A stretch of 64,000 nucleotides of DNA from an uncultured Nitrospiraceae bacterium (GTDB lineage: Bacteria; Nitrospirota; Thermodesulfovibrionia; Thermodesulfovibrionales; UBA6898), in the NCBI GenBank assembly GCA_963811165.1, contig CAWEQH010000001.1, positions 352,001 through 416,000 of the forward strand, written 5' to 3'. The notes beneath the pieces were generated by a model that was not told where the DNA came from, made no database searches, and saw only the letters and a list, made by a program, of their open reading frames with translations. The position numbers were made by a program, and so were the translations under genes. Below are positions 28,228 through 38,177 of this stretch, piece by piece; the first letter of the stretch is position 1, and every line of letters begins with the position of its first letter.

Positions 28228-29427
28228 ATGGTCAAAAAGATAGTGCTTGCATATTCAGGGGGTCTCGATACCTCTGTGGCGATAAAGTGGCTTAAAGAGA
28301 CGTACAACGCGGATGTTATTGCCTTCTGTGCCGATCTCGGGCAGGGTGAGGACCTGAGGGAAGCCAAACAGAAGGCCCTTAAGACAGGGGCCTCAAAGGT
28401 ATACATCGAGGACCTTAGAGAAGAGTTCGTCAAGGATTATATATTCCCGATGCTTAGGGGCAATGCCGTCTATGAAGGTTTTTATCTTTTGGGTACGTCG
28501 ATTGCAAGGCCCCTTATTGCGAAAAGACAAATAGAGATAGCGAAGCGGGAAGGGGCGGACGCCGTGGCCCACGGAGCAACAGGCAAGGGCAATGACCAGA
28601 TACGGTTTGAGTTGACGAGCTACGCGCTTAATCCCGACATAAAGATCATCGCCCCGTGGAGGGAATGGACCTTTGATTCGCGGAAGTCTCTGATGGACTA
28701 CGCAAGAAAGCACGGCATCCCGGTCACCGCAACCAAAAAGAAACCCTTTAGCACCGACAGGAACATCTTACATATAAGCTATGAAGGAGGGATCCTCGAA
28801 GACCCCTGGAAAGAGCCTCCTTCCGACATGTACACGATGACGGCGCCGCTTGAGAAGACCCCGGACAGACCCGCATACATCGAAATAGACTTCGAAAAAG
28901 GAGATCCTGTCAGCGTCAACGGCAAGAGGATGTCTCCCGCCCGACTCCTTGAGACGCTGAACTCAATTGGGGGGAGGCACGGCATAGGGAGGATCGATAT
29001 CGTCGAAAACAGGCTGGTCGGCATAAAGTCCCGCGGAGTGTACGAGACCCCTGGCGGGACATTGCTTCACATCGGCAGAAGGGCCGTCGAATCGATCACG
29101 CTAGACAGGGAAGTGAAACATCTGGCCGACTCTCTGATGCCTAAGTACGCTGAACTTATATATTATGGATACTGGTTTTCGCCGGAGCGTCTGGCCCTTC
29201 AGAACATGATCGACGGGATGCAGAAGGTGGTCAACGGTACGGTCAGACTTAAACTCTACAAAGGCAACTGCGTGGTGACCGGCAGGAAGTCTCCGGGTTC
29301 TCTTTATGATGCCAGACTGGCAACGTTCGAAGAAGAGGACGTGTATGATCAAAAGGACGCCGAGGGGTTCATAAAGCTTCTTGCCCTCAGGCTTAAGGCC
29401 GATAGGTCCCTGAGGAAAAAGGCATGA
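28228..29427 (+). CDS. argG: Argininosuccinate synthase
   Basis: [31 protein letters not shown]. Confidence 0.98.
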   Translation: MVKKIVLAYSGGLDTSVAIKWLKETYNADVIAFCADLGQGEDLREAKQKALKTGASKVYIEDLREEFVKDYIFPMLRGNAVYEGFYLLGTSIARPLIAKRQIEIAKREGADAVAHGATGKGNDQIRFELTSYALNPDIKIIAPWREWTFDSRKSLMDYARKHGIPVTATKKKPFSTDRNILHISYEGGILEDPWKEPPSDMYTMTAPLEKTPDRPAYIEIDFEKGDPVSVNGKRMSPARLLETLNSIGGRHGIGRIDIVENRLVGIKSRGVYETPGGTLLHIGRRAVESITLDREVKHLADSLMPKYAELIYYGYWFSPERLALQNMIDGMQKVVNGTVRLKLYKGNCVVTGRKSPGSLYDARLATFEEEDVYDQKDAEGFIKLLALRLKADRSLRKKA

Positions 29428-30512
29428 CTGATATCAGGTATTGGGTCGGTCTCTCCCTTGTCCCCGAGGTCGGCCCGGTCTTGTCCCGGAAGTTGCTTTC
29501 AGAGCTGGGAAGCCCCGAAAATATCTTTGAGGCCGGAACTGACGACCTGCTTTCGATAAGGGGGCTGGGCAAGGAAAAGGCGGCCGGGATAAAGGCGTTT
29601 CGGCACTGGGACAGGGTCGATACCATCGTAAAGGTCACGGAGAAAAAAGGCATACGAATTGTCGGATATCAGGACCCGAATTATCCCGAGGTATTGAAGG
29701 AGCTCGACGGGGCCCCCGTAGTTCTGTATATGAAAGGCGACTATTGCTGCGAGGACAGATTCGGTATCGCCGTTGTCGGGTCGCGCAAACATACCGCCTA
29801 TGGCGAGGCCGTCACGCGGAAGATATCCGGTGAACTCGCCTCATCGGGATTTACCATTATAAGCGGAATGGCGCGGGGGATCGACACGTTTTCCCACGAA
29901 AGCGCGCTGGCAGCGGGGGGCAGGACGATTGCGGTACTGGGCTCGGGTCTCGATGTGCATTATCCTGCGGAAAACAAGGGACTTATGGAGAGAATAATAT
30001 TATCGGGCTGTGCGGTAAGTGAATTCCCCCCGGGTACGATGCCGAGCAGGGAGAATTTCCCCCGGAGAAACAGGTTGATCAGCGGTCTTTCCCTGGGCGT
30101 ACTGGTCGTCGAGGCGGCCTCCGACAGCGGGTCTTTGATCACGGCCAACTTTGCCCTTGAGCAGAATAAAGAGATCTTTGCGGTGCCTGGACAAATAACC
30201 TCCCGCAACTCCGACGGGACGAACGGCCTCATAAAACAGGGTGCAAAAGTTGTACTCGCTGCGGACGATATCATAGAAGAGCTGGCCCCTGTATTGAGAG
30301 GTTTTATCAGGAAGAGCGACTGCCGGCCCCCCGCAGAGATCTCTGAAGAAGAAGGCAGGATGTGCGGGGTCCTGACGCGGGAGCCTCAACATATCGATCT
30401 GCTTTCAAGGGAGAGCGGGCTGCCGGTCCATACCGCACTCAATCTGCTCCTTTCTCTGGAACTCAAAGGCGTTGTCAGGCAGTCAAACGGGAAAAGATTT
30501 TATCTGGTATGA
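29424..30512 (+). CDS. dprA: DNA-processing protein DprA
   Basis: [34 protein letters not shown]. Confidence 0.95.
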   Translation: MTDIRYWVGLSLVPEVGPVLSRKLLSELGSPENIFEAGTDDLLSIRGLGKEKAAGIKAFRHWDRVDTIVKVTEKKGIRIVGYQDPNYPEVLKELDGAPVVLYMKGDYCCEDRFGIAVVGSRKHTAYGEAVTRKISGELASSGFTIISGMARGIDTFSHESALAAGGRTIAVLGSGLDVHYPAENKGLMERIILSGCAVSEFPPGTMPSRENFPRRNRLISGLSLGVLVVEAASDSGSLITANFALEQNKEIFAVPGQITSRNSDGTNGLIKQGAKVVLAADDIIEELAPVLRGFIRKSDCRPPAEISEEEGRMCGVLTREPQHIDLLSRESGLPVHTALNLLLSLELKGVVRQSNGKRFYLV

Positions 30513-30517
30513 GGTGA

Positions 30518-30805
30518 ATGGTGTCAAAGAAACTGATAAAGATATTAAAGATGATCACACAGGACCTTAAAGAAACCGAATTTTATTCCGAGGAGATACT
30601 CAATACTGTTCAGTACGATGATCCCGATCTGGTCGATATCGGCGAGGAACTTGCGGCGCTCGAGTCTTCCGAAAGCCTTGACGACGACGAACTCGATATA
30701 TTAAAGTCTCTTCTCGTCTACATCATGCTGAAGAAGAGTTCGTATGAAAAGGAAGACATTTATTCTTTGGTGTTCGGAGGAGGAAGAAGGATTATATGGC
30801 AGTGA
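30518..30805 (+). CDS. Acidic hypothetical protein in the Smg/DUF494 position
   Basis: 95-aa acidic ORF with GAGG RBS between dprA and topA. Confidence 0.65.
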   Translation: MVSKKLIKILKMITQDLKETEFYSEEILNTVQYDDPDLVDIGEELAALESSESLDDDELDILKSLLVYIMLKKSSYEKEDIYSLVFGGGRRIIWQ

Positions 30806-30839
30806 TATATCGGGGTAACAGGTACGCAGGAGGTCGGCA

Positions 30840-33104
30840 ATGAAGTCTCTTGTCATCGTTGAGTCTCCTGCGAAGGCGAAAACGATCAGCAAGATACTCG
30901 GGAGCTCCTTCGAGGTCAAGGCATCGGTCGGGCATGTCAAGGACCTCCCTGTAAAGGAAATGGGGATCGACATCGAAAACAACTTCACCCCCAACTACAT
31001 TGTCATCCCCGGTAAGGAGAAGGTGATCAGGGAGCTCAAGAAGGCCTCAAAAGAGGCGGAAACGATTTATCTCGCCCCCGACCCTGACAGGGAAGGTGAG
31101 GCGATCGCCTGGCATATCGCCGACGAGATCAAGGGAAAATCCAAAAAGGTCTACAGAATAAAGTTTAATGAGATCACGAAGGCGGCAGTGCTTGAATCGA
31201 TCAAGCATCCCGGGGAGATCGACCTTCAGAAGGTCGATGCACAGCAGGCCCGGCGCGTTTTAGACAGGCTTGTGGGATATGAACTGAGCCCCCTGCTTTG
31301 GAGGAAGGTCAGAAGAGGGCTCAGCGCCGGAAGGGTCCAGTCCGTGGCGGTCAGGCTCGTCGTGGAGAGGGAACGCGAGATCGAGGCATTCAAATCAGAA
31401 GAGTACTGGTCGATCAACGCCGAGTTCGAAGGCTCCAGTAAGCCGCTTTTCTGGGCGAAACTGTTTAAGTATAACGGTGAGAAGATAGATATCAAGAACT
31501 CCGAGACTGCAGAGGCGGTGTTGGCGGACATCAAGGGCAGCAGTTTCATCCTTGCAAAGATCGAGCGGAAGACAAAGAAAAGGATGCCTTCGCCTCCTTT
31601 TATTACGAGCACTCTCCAGCAGGAGGCTGCGAGGAAACTGCGCTTTACCGCGAAAAAAACAATGTCCGTTGCCCAACAGCTTTATGAGGGGATCGAACTG
31701 GGCGAAGAAGGAGCGGCCGGCCTTATCACGTATATGAGGACGGATTCATTGCGGGTGGCCGCCGAGGCGCAGCAGGCGGGGAGGGAGTTCATCCTGACGA
31801 CCTACGGCAAGGAGTATCTGCCCGAAAAACCCCCGTTCTACAAAAGCAAGGAATCCGCCCAGGAAGCACATGAAGCGATAAGGCCCACCTATATGACCAA
31901 CACCCCCGAGGGGATAAAATCGTATCTGACCAAAGACCAGCTCTCACTCTATAAACTGATCTGGAACCGTTTTGTGGCGAGCCAGATGGCCCCGGCCCAG
32001 ATGGAGCAGACCACCTTCGAAATAGCCTGTAAGACGGTGCGGTGCAAAGGGGACACGGTCTTCAGGGCCTCGGGCAGCGTCATTAAATTTCAGGGATTTA
32101 TGGCTGTCTACACCGAAAGTACGGACGAACTGCTCGAAGAGAACGAGGCCCTTCTGCCGAGCCTCAAGGAGGGAGAAAACCTGAAACTCCTCACTATCCA
32201 GCCGAAGCAGCATTTTACCCAGCCGCCGCCTCGTTATACAGAGGCATCTCTTGTAAAGACGCTCGAAGAAAAGGGCATCGGAAGACCGAGTACCTATGCG
32301 GCGATCCTCTCCACCATACAGGACAGAAAATACGTGCATAAGACAGAGGGAAGGTTTGCCCCGACAGAGCTGGGCTCTGTGGTCAATGATCTCCTCGTCG
32401 AAAGGTTTACCGAACTGATGGAAATAGGTTTCACGGCCAGCATGGAGGAAAAACTCGACCGAATCGAAGAAGGCAAGATGAAATGGGTCAAGGTCGTGAA
32501 GGATTTCTATTCCCCTTTCCATAAAAAACTTGCGGAAGCGCTTGCGATTCCGGGAAAGGTCAAACCCCAGGATATCCCTACGGAGGCGGTCTGCGAGAAG
32601 TGCGGGCTCCCTATGGTGATACGGTGGGGCAGACACGGGAGGTTCCTCGCCTGCTCGGGGTTCCCGGCATGCAAGAATGCGAAGCCTCTCGATGAAGAAA
32701 AACAAGCGGGCGAGGTCGTCGAGACCGACGAGAAGTGCCCGAAATGCGGCTCGCCGATGGTCCTCAAATCCGGGAGATTCGGAAAGTTTTTTGCATGTTC
32801 GAAATATCCGGAGTGTAAGACGACGAAGCCCGTTGCCACGGGGGTGAAATGCCCTGAAGACGGCGGCGACATCGTGGAGCGCAGGTCGAAAAGGGGCAAA
32901 CCCTTCTGGAGCTGCGGCAATTATCCGAAATGCAAATTCGCAACGTGGTATAGGCCGGTGCCGGAAAAATGTCCGAAGTGCGGCGCCGAGTTCCTCGGTG
33001 AAAAAAGGAACAAGGCCGGGGAGGTCTCTCTTTACTGCCTGAATAAGGAATGCGACTATAGGTCGGAGCAGAAGAAAGAGGAAGAGACTGGAGTTAGCGC
33101 CTGA
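30840..33104 (+). CDS. topA: DNA topoisomerase I
   Basis: IVESPAKAKTI, DPDREGEAIAWH, GRVQS, ITYMRTD, C-terminal zinc ribbons. Confidence 0.98.
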   Translation: MKSLVIVESPAKAKTISKILGSSFEVKASVGHVKDLPVKEMGIDIENNFTPNYIVIPGKEKVIRELKKASKEAETIYLAPDPDREGEAIAWHIADEIKGKSKKVYRIKFNEITKAAVLESIKHPGEIDLQKVDAQQARRVLDRLVGYELSPLLWRKVRRGLSAGRVQSVAVRLVVEREREIEAFKSEEYWSINAEFEGSSKPLFWAKLFKYNGEKIDIKNSETAEAVLADIKGSSFILAKIERKTKKRMPSPPFITSTLQQEAARKLRFTAKKTMSVAQQLYEGIELGEEGAAGLITYMRTDSLRVAAEAQQAGREFILTTYGKEYLPEKPPFYKSKESAQEAHEAIRPTYMTNTPEGIKSYLTKDQLSLYKLIWNRFVASQMAPAQMEQTTFEIACKTVRCKGDTVFRASGSVIKFQGFMAVYTESTDELLEENEALLPSLKEGENLKLLTIQPKQHFTQPPPRYTEASLVKTLEEKGIGRPSTYAAILSTIQDRKYVHKTEGRFAPTELGSVVNDLLVERFTELMEIGFTASMEEKLDRIEEGKMKWVKVVKDFYSPFHKKLAEALAIPGKVKPQDIPTEAVCEKCGLPMVIRWGRHGRFLACSGFPACKNAKPLDEEKQAGEVVETDEKCPKCGSPMVLKSGRFGKFFACSKYPECKTTKPVATGVKCPEDGGDIVERRSKRGKPFWSCGNYPKCKFATWYRPVPEKCPKCGAEFLGEKRNKAGEVSLYCLNKECDYRSEQKKEEETGVSA

Positions 33105-33177
33105 GAAGCTGCGCCCGACAGCCTGATTGATCTCTAACTGTTTCTATCTGCAGCCGTTGACTGAGAAAGGGGTATAC

Positions 33178-33507
33178 ATGAAAGTGTCCGGAATCTTCTG
33201 CATCTTGCTTTTTGGTACCGTATTTTTGTTTCCTGCAATTCAGGATTCGAAAGATGGCGGATATATTGTCTCCGGTGTGGCGCATGCGGAAGAAGACTGG
33301 AAGAAAGAGTTCGAGGACATTTGCGGAAAGACCCAGGATGCCATGGCATATTCTCCAGAGGAATTAAGGGGCTTTATCGACAGGTGCGACAAGATAAGGC
33401 CTCTCGTCGAAAAACTGGACGAGTCACGGAGGAAGGTCTACTTGCGGAGGTTGCAGATGTGCAGGGACTTCTTTGCCTTTTCACTTGAGCAAAGAGAGAA
33501 AAAATGA
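33178..33507 (+). CDS. Exported hypothetical protein
   Basis: Signal-like N-terminus; WKKEFEDIC...RCD...C.DFF. Confidence 0.65.
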   Translation: MKVSGIFCILLFGTVFLFPAIQDSKDGGYIVSGVAHAEEDWKKEFEDICGKTQDAMAYSPEELRGFIDRCDKIRPLVEKLDESRRKVYLRRLQMCRDFFAFSLEQREKK

Positions 33508-33529
33508 CCTCTCACTTCTTATCGTTCTT

Positions 33530-34318
33530 CTAATCCCTCATCGCGGGGTGGCATTTTTTGCATTCGTTGAGGGGAAAAGCGATGCGGAGGTGACATACAC
33601 CGCAGAATTCGCCATTCAGGATACGTGACATCGCGAAATGCTTGGTGGTCTTTTTCTTGATATTAAATATATCCGGATGACAATTGGCGCAATCGAGCCA
33701 TTGCACATGCGCCTTATGGGGAAAGACTGCAGGAGATATACCGGACATCTCCGCGGCCAGGGTAAGGGTCTTATCCAGGCTCAGCGGTCGAGAATCTCCT
33801 GAGAGACTTTGCTTCGGTTTTATCGATCCGCTGGCCAGGGCCTTCACCCAATCGATCTCGTTCCCGAACTTTGTCCGGGGGAGGCTTCTCTGGAGCTTAA
33901 AGAATTTTTCACTGTTCGGGTTCTGGTCTGCATTATGGCACCGCTTGCAGTTGTCCCCTTCGTCGTCCTTCGGTGCAAAGGAGATTTTCCCGTTGTGGCA
34001 TACGGTACAGTATCTGTTCTTCTGCTCTCCGTTTTTGCAAATAACTCCCGTTTCATTGGCCTTCATGGAAAATTCAAGTTCGCCGTGACATACCCTGCAC
34101 GTATATTTTGTTCTGTGGACCCAGTGAGAGAATACCACCGGGGCAATATCTCCTGCTTTTGAAAAAGGCCCTTTCATCAGGACATCGCCATATTCCTCGG
34201 GGGGTGATAGCCTTGGGAGCTTTAAATCGCCATGGGAAAAGGCCAATTCAGCCAATAGGCCAAAACCGGCCATGAAGAGAAGGCATACGACAACAATCCT
34301 GAATACACGTTTTTTCAT
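33530..34318 (-). CDS. Hexaheme c-type cytochrome (two c7-type triheme domains)
   Basis: Six CxxCH (CRVCH, CTVCH, CKRCH, CANCH, CGVCH, CKKCH), VFSHWVH and VFPHKAH, signal peptide. Confidence 0.9.
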   Translation of the reverse strand: MKKRVFRIVVVCLLFMAGFGLLAELAFSHGDLKLPRLSPPEEYGDVLMKGPFSKAGDIAPVVFSHWVHRTKYTCRVCHGELEFSMKANETGVICKNGEQKNRYCTVCHNGKISFAPKDDEGDNCKRCHNADQNPNSEKFFKLQRSLPRTKFGNEIDWVKALASGSIKPKQSLSGDSRPLSLDKTLTLAAEMSGISPAVFPHKAHVQWLDCANCHPDIFNIKKKTTKHFAMSRILNGEFCGVCHLRIAFPLNECKKCHPAMRD

Positions 34319-34435
34319 AATCCTATCACCGTCATGGAAGCTTCTCATATTCCGATCATCGCCAGGAGAAACCGCCAATCGGAGAGCAACACACATTAGT
34401 ATAAATCAGCAATGATTAAGATATCAAAGAATATA

Positions 34436-34522
34436 TGGTGCCGAAGGGGGGACTCGAACCCCCACGGCGTTTCCACCACCAGAACCTGAATCTGGCGCGT
34501 CTGCCAGTTCCGCCACTTCGGC
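34436..34522 (-). tRNA. tRNA-Leu(CAG)
   Basis: GCCGAAG acceptor stem, CCAGA-TTCAGGT-TCTGG anticodon arm, long variable arm, GGTTCGAGTCC, CCA. Confidence 0.97.
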
Positions 34523-34592
34523 AATCAACTATATTATCTTTGGAGAAAACCCTTGTCAACAGAAACGAGTGTGAATGGAAAAAAGGGAGAAA

Positions 34593-35369
34593 TTATTTCT
34601 TATCGACCAGGCCTATGATCGCATCGGCATCGCGCGCGCCGGATTCGATGACTCCGCTGGGAAGGATCATTGCCGGAGTACCGGAGATGCCGAGTTTTTG
34701 GCCGAGTTTGATATTGTCATCAATAGCGGTAGTCTCGCATTTGGGGTCGGGAATCTTTTTCCTCTCAAATGCATCATCTAGGAGCGAAAGAGATTTTTCG
34801 CACATGATCGCCTTTGATTTCCGATATGAGTCTTTATGCATCGGAAGAGGGAAAAGGATTATATAAAAGGCGATGTCCTTTCTCTTCTCTATAACCTTCT
34901 TCATCTCCTGATGAAGTTTTGCGCAGTATGGTCACTCGGGGTCGTCAAAAACGATGATCTTATGCGTTGCATCCTTACTGCCCATCACCAGCGCGTTATC
35001 AAGAGGTATTTGAGATGCATCGATCTTGTTGAGTTTGTCAAAACTCTCCTTGGAATAGTTTACCTTGGTCTTTGTATCGATGAGGTTTCCTGCGATTAAA
35101 ATCTTCTTCGAGAAATCGAGATATACGACGACCTTCTTTCCCCCCGATTCAAAGTCGACCTCCCAAATGCCTTTGATAGGGCCCGGCAGGACATTGAGGA
35201 CCTTGACGTCAGGCGCGAACGGCTTTATTACTTCTCCCGCCTGGTCGGCGTTGAGGGTATGGCATTTGGAGCACTCCTGATCGGCGCCTGCGGCAAAGGC
35301 GAAGGCGTTTTCATATCGACAGAAAAGCGCCACTGTCAGGGCCACTAAGATATACAAGGATTTACGCAT
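34593..35369 (-). CDS. DsbC-family thiol:disulfide oxidoreductase, probable selenoprotein (UPYC)
   Basis: ORFs 34932-35369 and 34593-34904 share a frame: FDDPE-TGA-PYCAKLHQEM...FPLPMH...GISGTP; N-terminal CSKCH. Confidence 0.85.
34899..34916 (-). promoter_or_regulatory. Putative bacterial SECIS hairpin
   Basis: mRNA CUUCAUC-AGGA-GAUGAAG, perfect 7-bp stem starting 15 nt after the UGA. Confidence 0.7.
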
Positions 35370-35590
35370 GGGACATTATAGCACAAAGCGATTTTGAAAA
35401 CACAAAAAAAAAGACGCGCGGCAATTTTTTTTGATGCACCTTGTGCGCTCCGCCCGCCGCTGGAAATTGCCGGGAGAGTTTGCTGTTTCGGGTACGTATG
35501 ATTATTAATAATTTAATATTGACAAAAGAACGCCTATCTTGTTATAAAATTAGCCTTGCTGGAGTCAAATTTATAATGAGGGGGGAAGGT

Positions 35591-35887
35591 ATGAAATTAG
35601 CAGTATTCGTGAGTGATTTTAAGCTGACAACGGATACCCTTGACAGGTTAAAGGCCGATAAACTGGGTATCATCCTTGTTCAAAACGGCGTGTATCATGC
35701 CACGACGAAGGAGAACGGGAAGGCCTCTTCTTTGCTGGATAAAACAACGAATCTCTATGCGTTATCCGAGGACGTACAGATAAGGGGCATGAAGGATGCC
35801 GATGTTGACAAGCGCGTCAAGGTCGTCAATTACGGCGATGTGGTTGACCTTATCTTTAACGACTTTGACAAAATCGCGTGGCTTTAG
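35591..35887 (+). CDS. DsrH/TusB family sulfur relay protein
   Basis: ILVQNGVY, YALSEDVQIRG, VNYGDVVDL...W. Confidence 0.8.
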   Translation: MKLAVFVSDFKLTTDTLDRLKADKLGIILVQNGVYHATTKENGKASSLLDKTTNLYALSEDVQIRGMKDADVDKRVKVVNYGDVVDLIFNDFDKIAWL

Positions 35888-35896
35888 GAGGACGGA

Positions 35897-36256
35897 ATGG
35901 GAACTTTAACGATAGGATGTTTTCCAGGACTTGTCGGCAATATGGGATATGATTTCGCGCTGAAGCTTGCAGATGCGGCGGTGAGCAAAGGACACAAGGT
36001 AAGCATCTGGTTCTCAGGGAACGCGAGCGGCTCGATTAAGGCCAACCAAAAGCACCTGAAGGACTACTCGACCGGTGAAAAATATTTGAAGGCCCTTATC
36101 GAAAAAGGTGTTGAGATCTGCACCTGCGAGGCCTGCTCCGTGTCAAGAGGCGTCAAGAAAGACGAGGGCATCACGGGCGTGCAATGGAACGCGATGCACT
36201 GGTACCTCGCAAAGATACACGCTGCGGACCGGGTCGTTCACATAGGAGGTGAATAG
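35897..36256 (+). CDS. DsrE/TusD family protein
   Basis: ALKLADAAVSKGHKVSIWF, ICTCEACSVSRG. Confidence 0.8.
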   Translation: MGTLTIGCFPGLVGNMGYDFALKLADAAVSKGHKVSIWFSGNASGSIKANQKHLKDYSTGEKYLKALIEKGVEICTCEACSVSRGVKKDEGITGVQWNAMHWYLAKIHAADRVVHIGGE

Positions 36257-36257
36257 T

Positions 36258-36668
36258 ATGGGTGATGTGAAACTTGCATTTGTCGTACAAAAGCCCCAGT
36301 ACAAGGGTGAAACGTCAAGGCTGGCGATAACCCATGCGATCGCGTATCAGACGGTCGAGATCCTGCTGGAAGACGGTGACACCGTGACGCCGAAACTCTG
36401 TTTCATAGGTGAGGGCGTACTTGGTATCCAGAAAGGCCAAAACGCAATGGAGCTGTACGGCATCACGAGCACCGAGTCTCATATGAAAAATACTCTTCTC
36501 GTCGACCTCGATGTGCTGGTCTGCAAGGAAGACCTTGCAAAATACGGCATCCCCGAGGATGCGATGCCGACCGCCGAAGATATGGGCGCTGACAAGTCGA
36601 TACAGGTAGTGCCGTTTTCAGAAATACAGAAAGCAATGGAAGAATCGAATCACGTTCTTTTCTTCTAA
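36258..36668 (+). CDS. DsrF/TusC (DsrE-fold) family protein
   Basis: QKPQY, FIGEGV...KGQ, VCKEDL..YGI. Confidence 0.75.
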   Translation: MGDVKLAFVVQKPQYKGETSRLAITHAIAYQTVEILLEDGDTVTPKLCFIGEGVLGIQKGQNAMELYGITSTESHMKNTLLVDLDVLVCKEDLAKYGIPEDAMPTAEDMGADKSIQVVPFSEIQKAMEESNHVLFF

Positions 36669-36711
36669 TGTAATAAAACAAGGTCTATGACCTGTAAGGA
36701 GGTAAATACAG

Positions 36712-36960
36712 ATGGGTGAACTGAGCAGCAAGACACCGGACCAGACTCTCGACGTCCTCGGTAGGGTATGTCCCTATCCGCTTGTGCTGTCTAAAAAGGC
36801 GCTTGAAAAGATGTCCAGCGGACAGCTTTTGAAAGTCCTCTGCGATGCCCCTGCATCTGCAGAAGACTCGGTTCCTAAGTGGGCCGAGAAACAGGGCTAC
36901 AAGTTCGAGTCAGTGAAGCTCCCGGGCGACACCTGGGAACTCTTTATCCAGAAGTCGTAA
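36712..36960 (+). CDS. tusA: TusA family sulfurtransferase
   Basis: LDVLGRVCPYP motif. Confidence 0.9.
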   Translation: MGELSSKTPDQTLDVLGRVCPYPLVLSKKALEKMSSGQLLKVLCDAPASAEDSVPKWAEKQGYKFESVKLPGDTWELFIQKS

Positions 36961-36969
36961 GCGAATGTG

Positions 36970-37008
36970 AGCAGGAGAGGTTTTTCAGGGCCTCTCCTGC
37001 TTTTTTTT
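36970..37008 (+). terminator. Rho-independent terminator
   Basis: AGCAGGAGAGG...CCTCTCCTGCT followed by a T tract. Confidence 0.85.
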
Positions 37009-37040
37009 CCTTAGAGATCTCCAAGGTCCAGACGTCCTTA

Positions 37041-37763
37041 TTATTCATCTGATCTGTCGCTATGCCTGCCGTTTAAGAGTTTCACGACAGGGTATTTGTC
37101 CCAGAATTCGATTACATTTACCGCTCCGTAATCCTGCTCTATCCTGAAGATGTTTTCGAGCGGGATGCCCAGGAGATGGCAAAGGAGTATCCTGTTTACC
37201 CCCCCATGGGCGATCACCGCGATATTGTCGCCGACGTTTCGGTTTAGTATCTCCTCCAGCGCCGTAACGACACGATCTTTCACCTCACGCGTGCTCTCTC
37301 CCCCGACGGGGCTGTGAGAGACGGGATTATCGGCCCACGCCTCGAATTCGGCGGGAAACCTTTCCTTGATCTCGGTGAAGGTCATTCCCTCCCATACGCC
37401 GAATGACCTTTCCCGAAGCGCAGGTATCTTCACAGGCACGAGGCCGTAAGGTCCGGCAATGATCTCTGCGGACTTGACGGCCCTGCTGAGATCGGAACAA
37501 TATACCGCGTTTAGTCCCGTCCCCGCTTCTGTGTTTCCCGCCTCCTGCCCTTCCGTGCTGCCGGCAGCGCCATGAACGTCCTTAAGATAGCTCAGGTATT
37601 TCGAGCGCTCGGCGCTACCGAGGAGTTCCTTGATGAAGGCGGACGCCTCTTTTATCTGCAAGACGCCCTCTTCGGACATCGGGATGTCGATGCTGCCGTT
37701 ATAGCGCTTAGGGCCGCCCCCTTGAAGCGCGCCATGTCTGACCAGGCAAAGTGTAGTGACCAT
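37041..37763 (-). CDS. Histidine phosphatase, CobC (alpha-ribazole phosphatase)-like
   Basis: LVRHG, SDLSRA, LRERSFGVWEG, GGES, AHGGVNR. Confidence 0.8.
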   Translation of the reverse strand: MVTTLCLVRHGALQGGGPKRYNGSIDIPMSEEGVLQIKEASAFIKELLGSAERSKYLSYLKDVHGAAGSTEGQEAGNTEAGTGLNAVYCSDLSRAVKSAEIIAGPYGLVPVKIPALRERSFGVWEGMTFTEIKERFPAEFEAWADNPVSHSPVGGESTREVKDRVVTALEEILNRNVGDNIAVIAHGGVNRILLCHLLGIPLENIFRIEQDYGAVNVIEFWDKYPVVKLLNGRHSDRSDE

Positions 37764-37869
37764 ACTCCATTAACTTTGCAGGAAAAAATGCTGAAAATCA
37801 ACTCCCGAAAAACCTTTATGCGGCGCAAACTTGAAAAGGGCGGCGTGGTTATAGTAAAATTCTAACTCT

Positions 37870-37954
37870 GCCGAAGTGGTGGAACTGGTAGACACGCACG
37901 TTTGAGGGGCGTGTGGAGCAATCCATGCGGGTTCGAGTCCCGCCTTCGGCACCA
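37870..37954 (+). tRNA. tRNA-Leu(GAG)
   Basis: GCCGAAG acceptor stem, CACGT-TTGAGGG-GCGTG anticodon arm, GGTTCGAGTCC, CCA. Confidence 0.97.
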
Positions 37955-38177
37955 TCTCCCTCTTTTAAAGTCAATAAGTTAAAGCTGCATACGACGACCG
38001 AACGCAGAACATTTTACTCAGTGGTTATTCTGTCTTCTATCCTAAACAAGAACAATGGACCTGGGAATTGTCCTGAAGGTTGAGCATAAACTGTTACATT
38101 ATTATGAAGCACCTCTGGCTAACTTAGCAGCAAATCTAAATGAGCCATTAGATGTTACACTTAAATTGTCTCCACTA

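Noticed and set aside
34932..34934. Nonsense mutation making the DsbC-like gene a pseudogene
   Set aside because: TGA sits exactly at the redox Cys and is followed by a SECIS-like hairpin; selenocysteine is the simpler reading.
37770..37955. ORFs starting MVPK... (also 34435-34866)
   Set aside because: Antisense translations of the tRNA-Leu genes.
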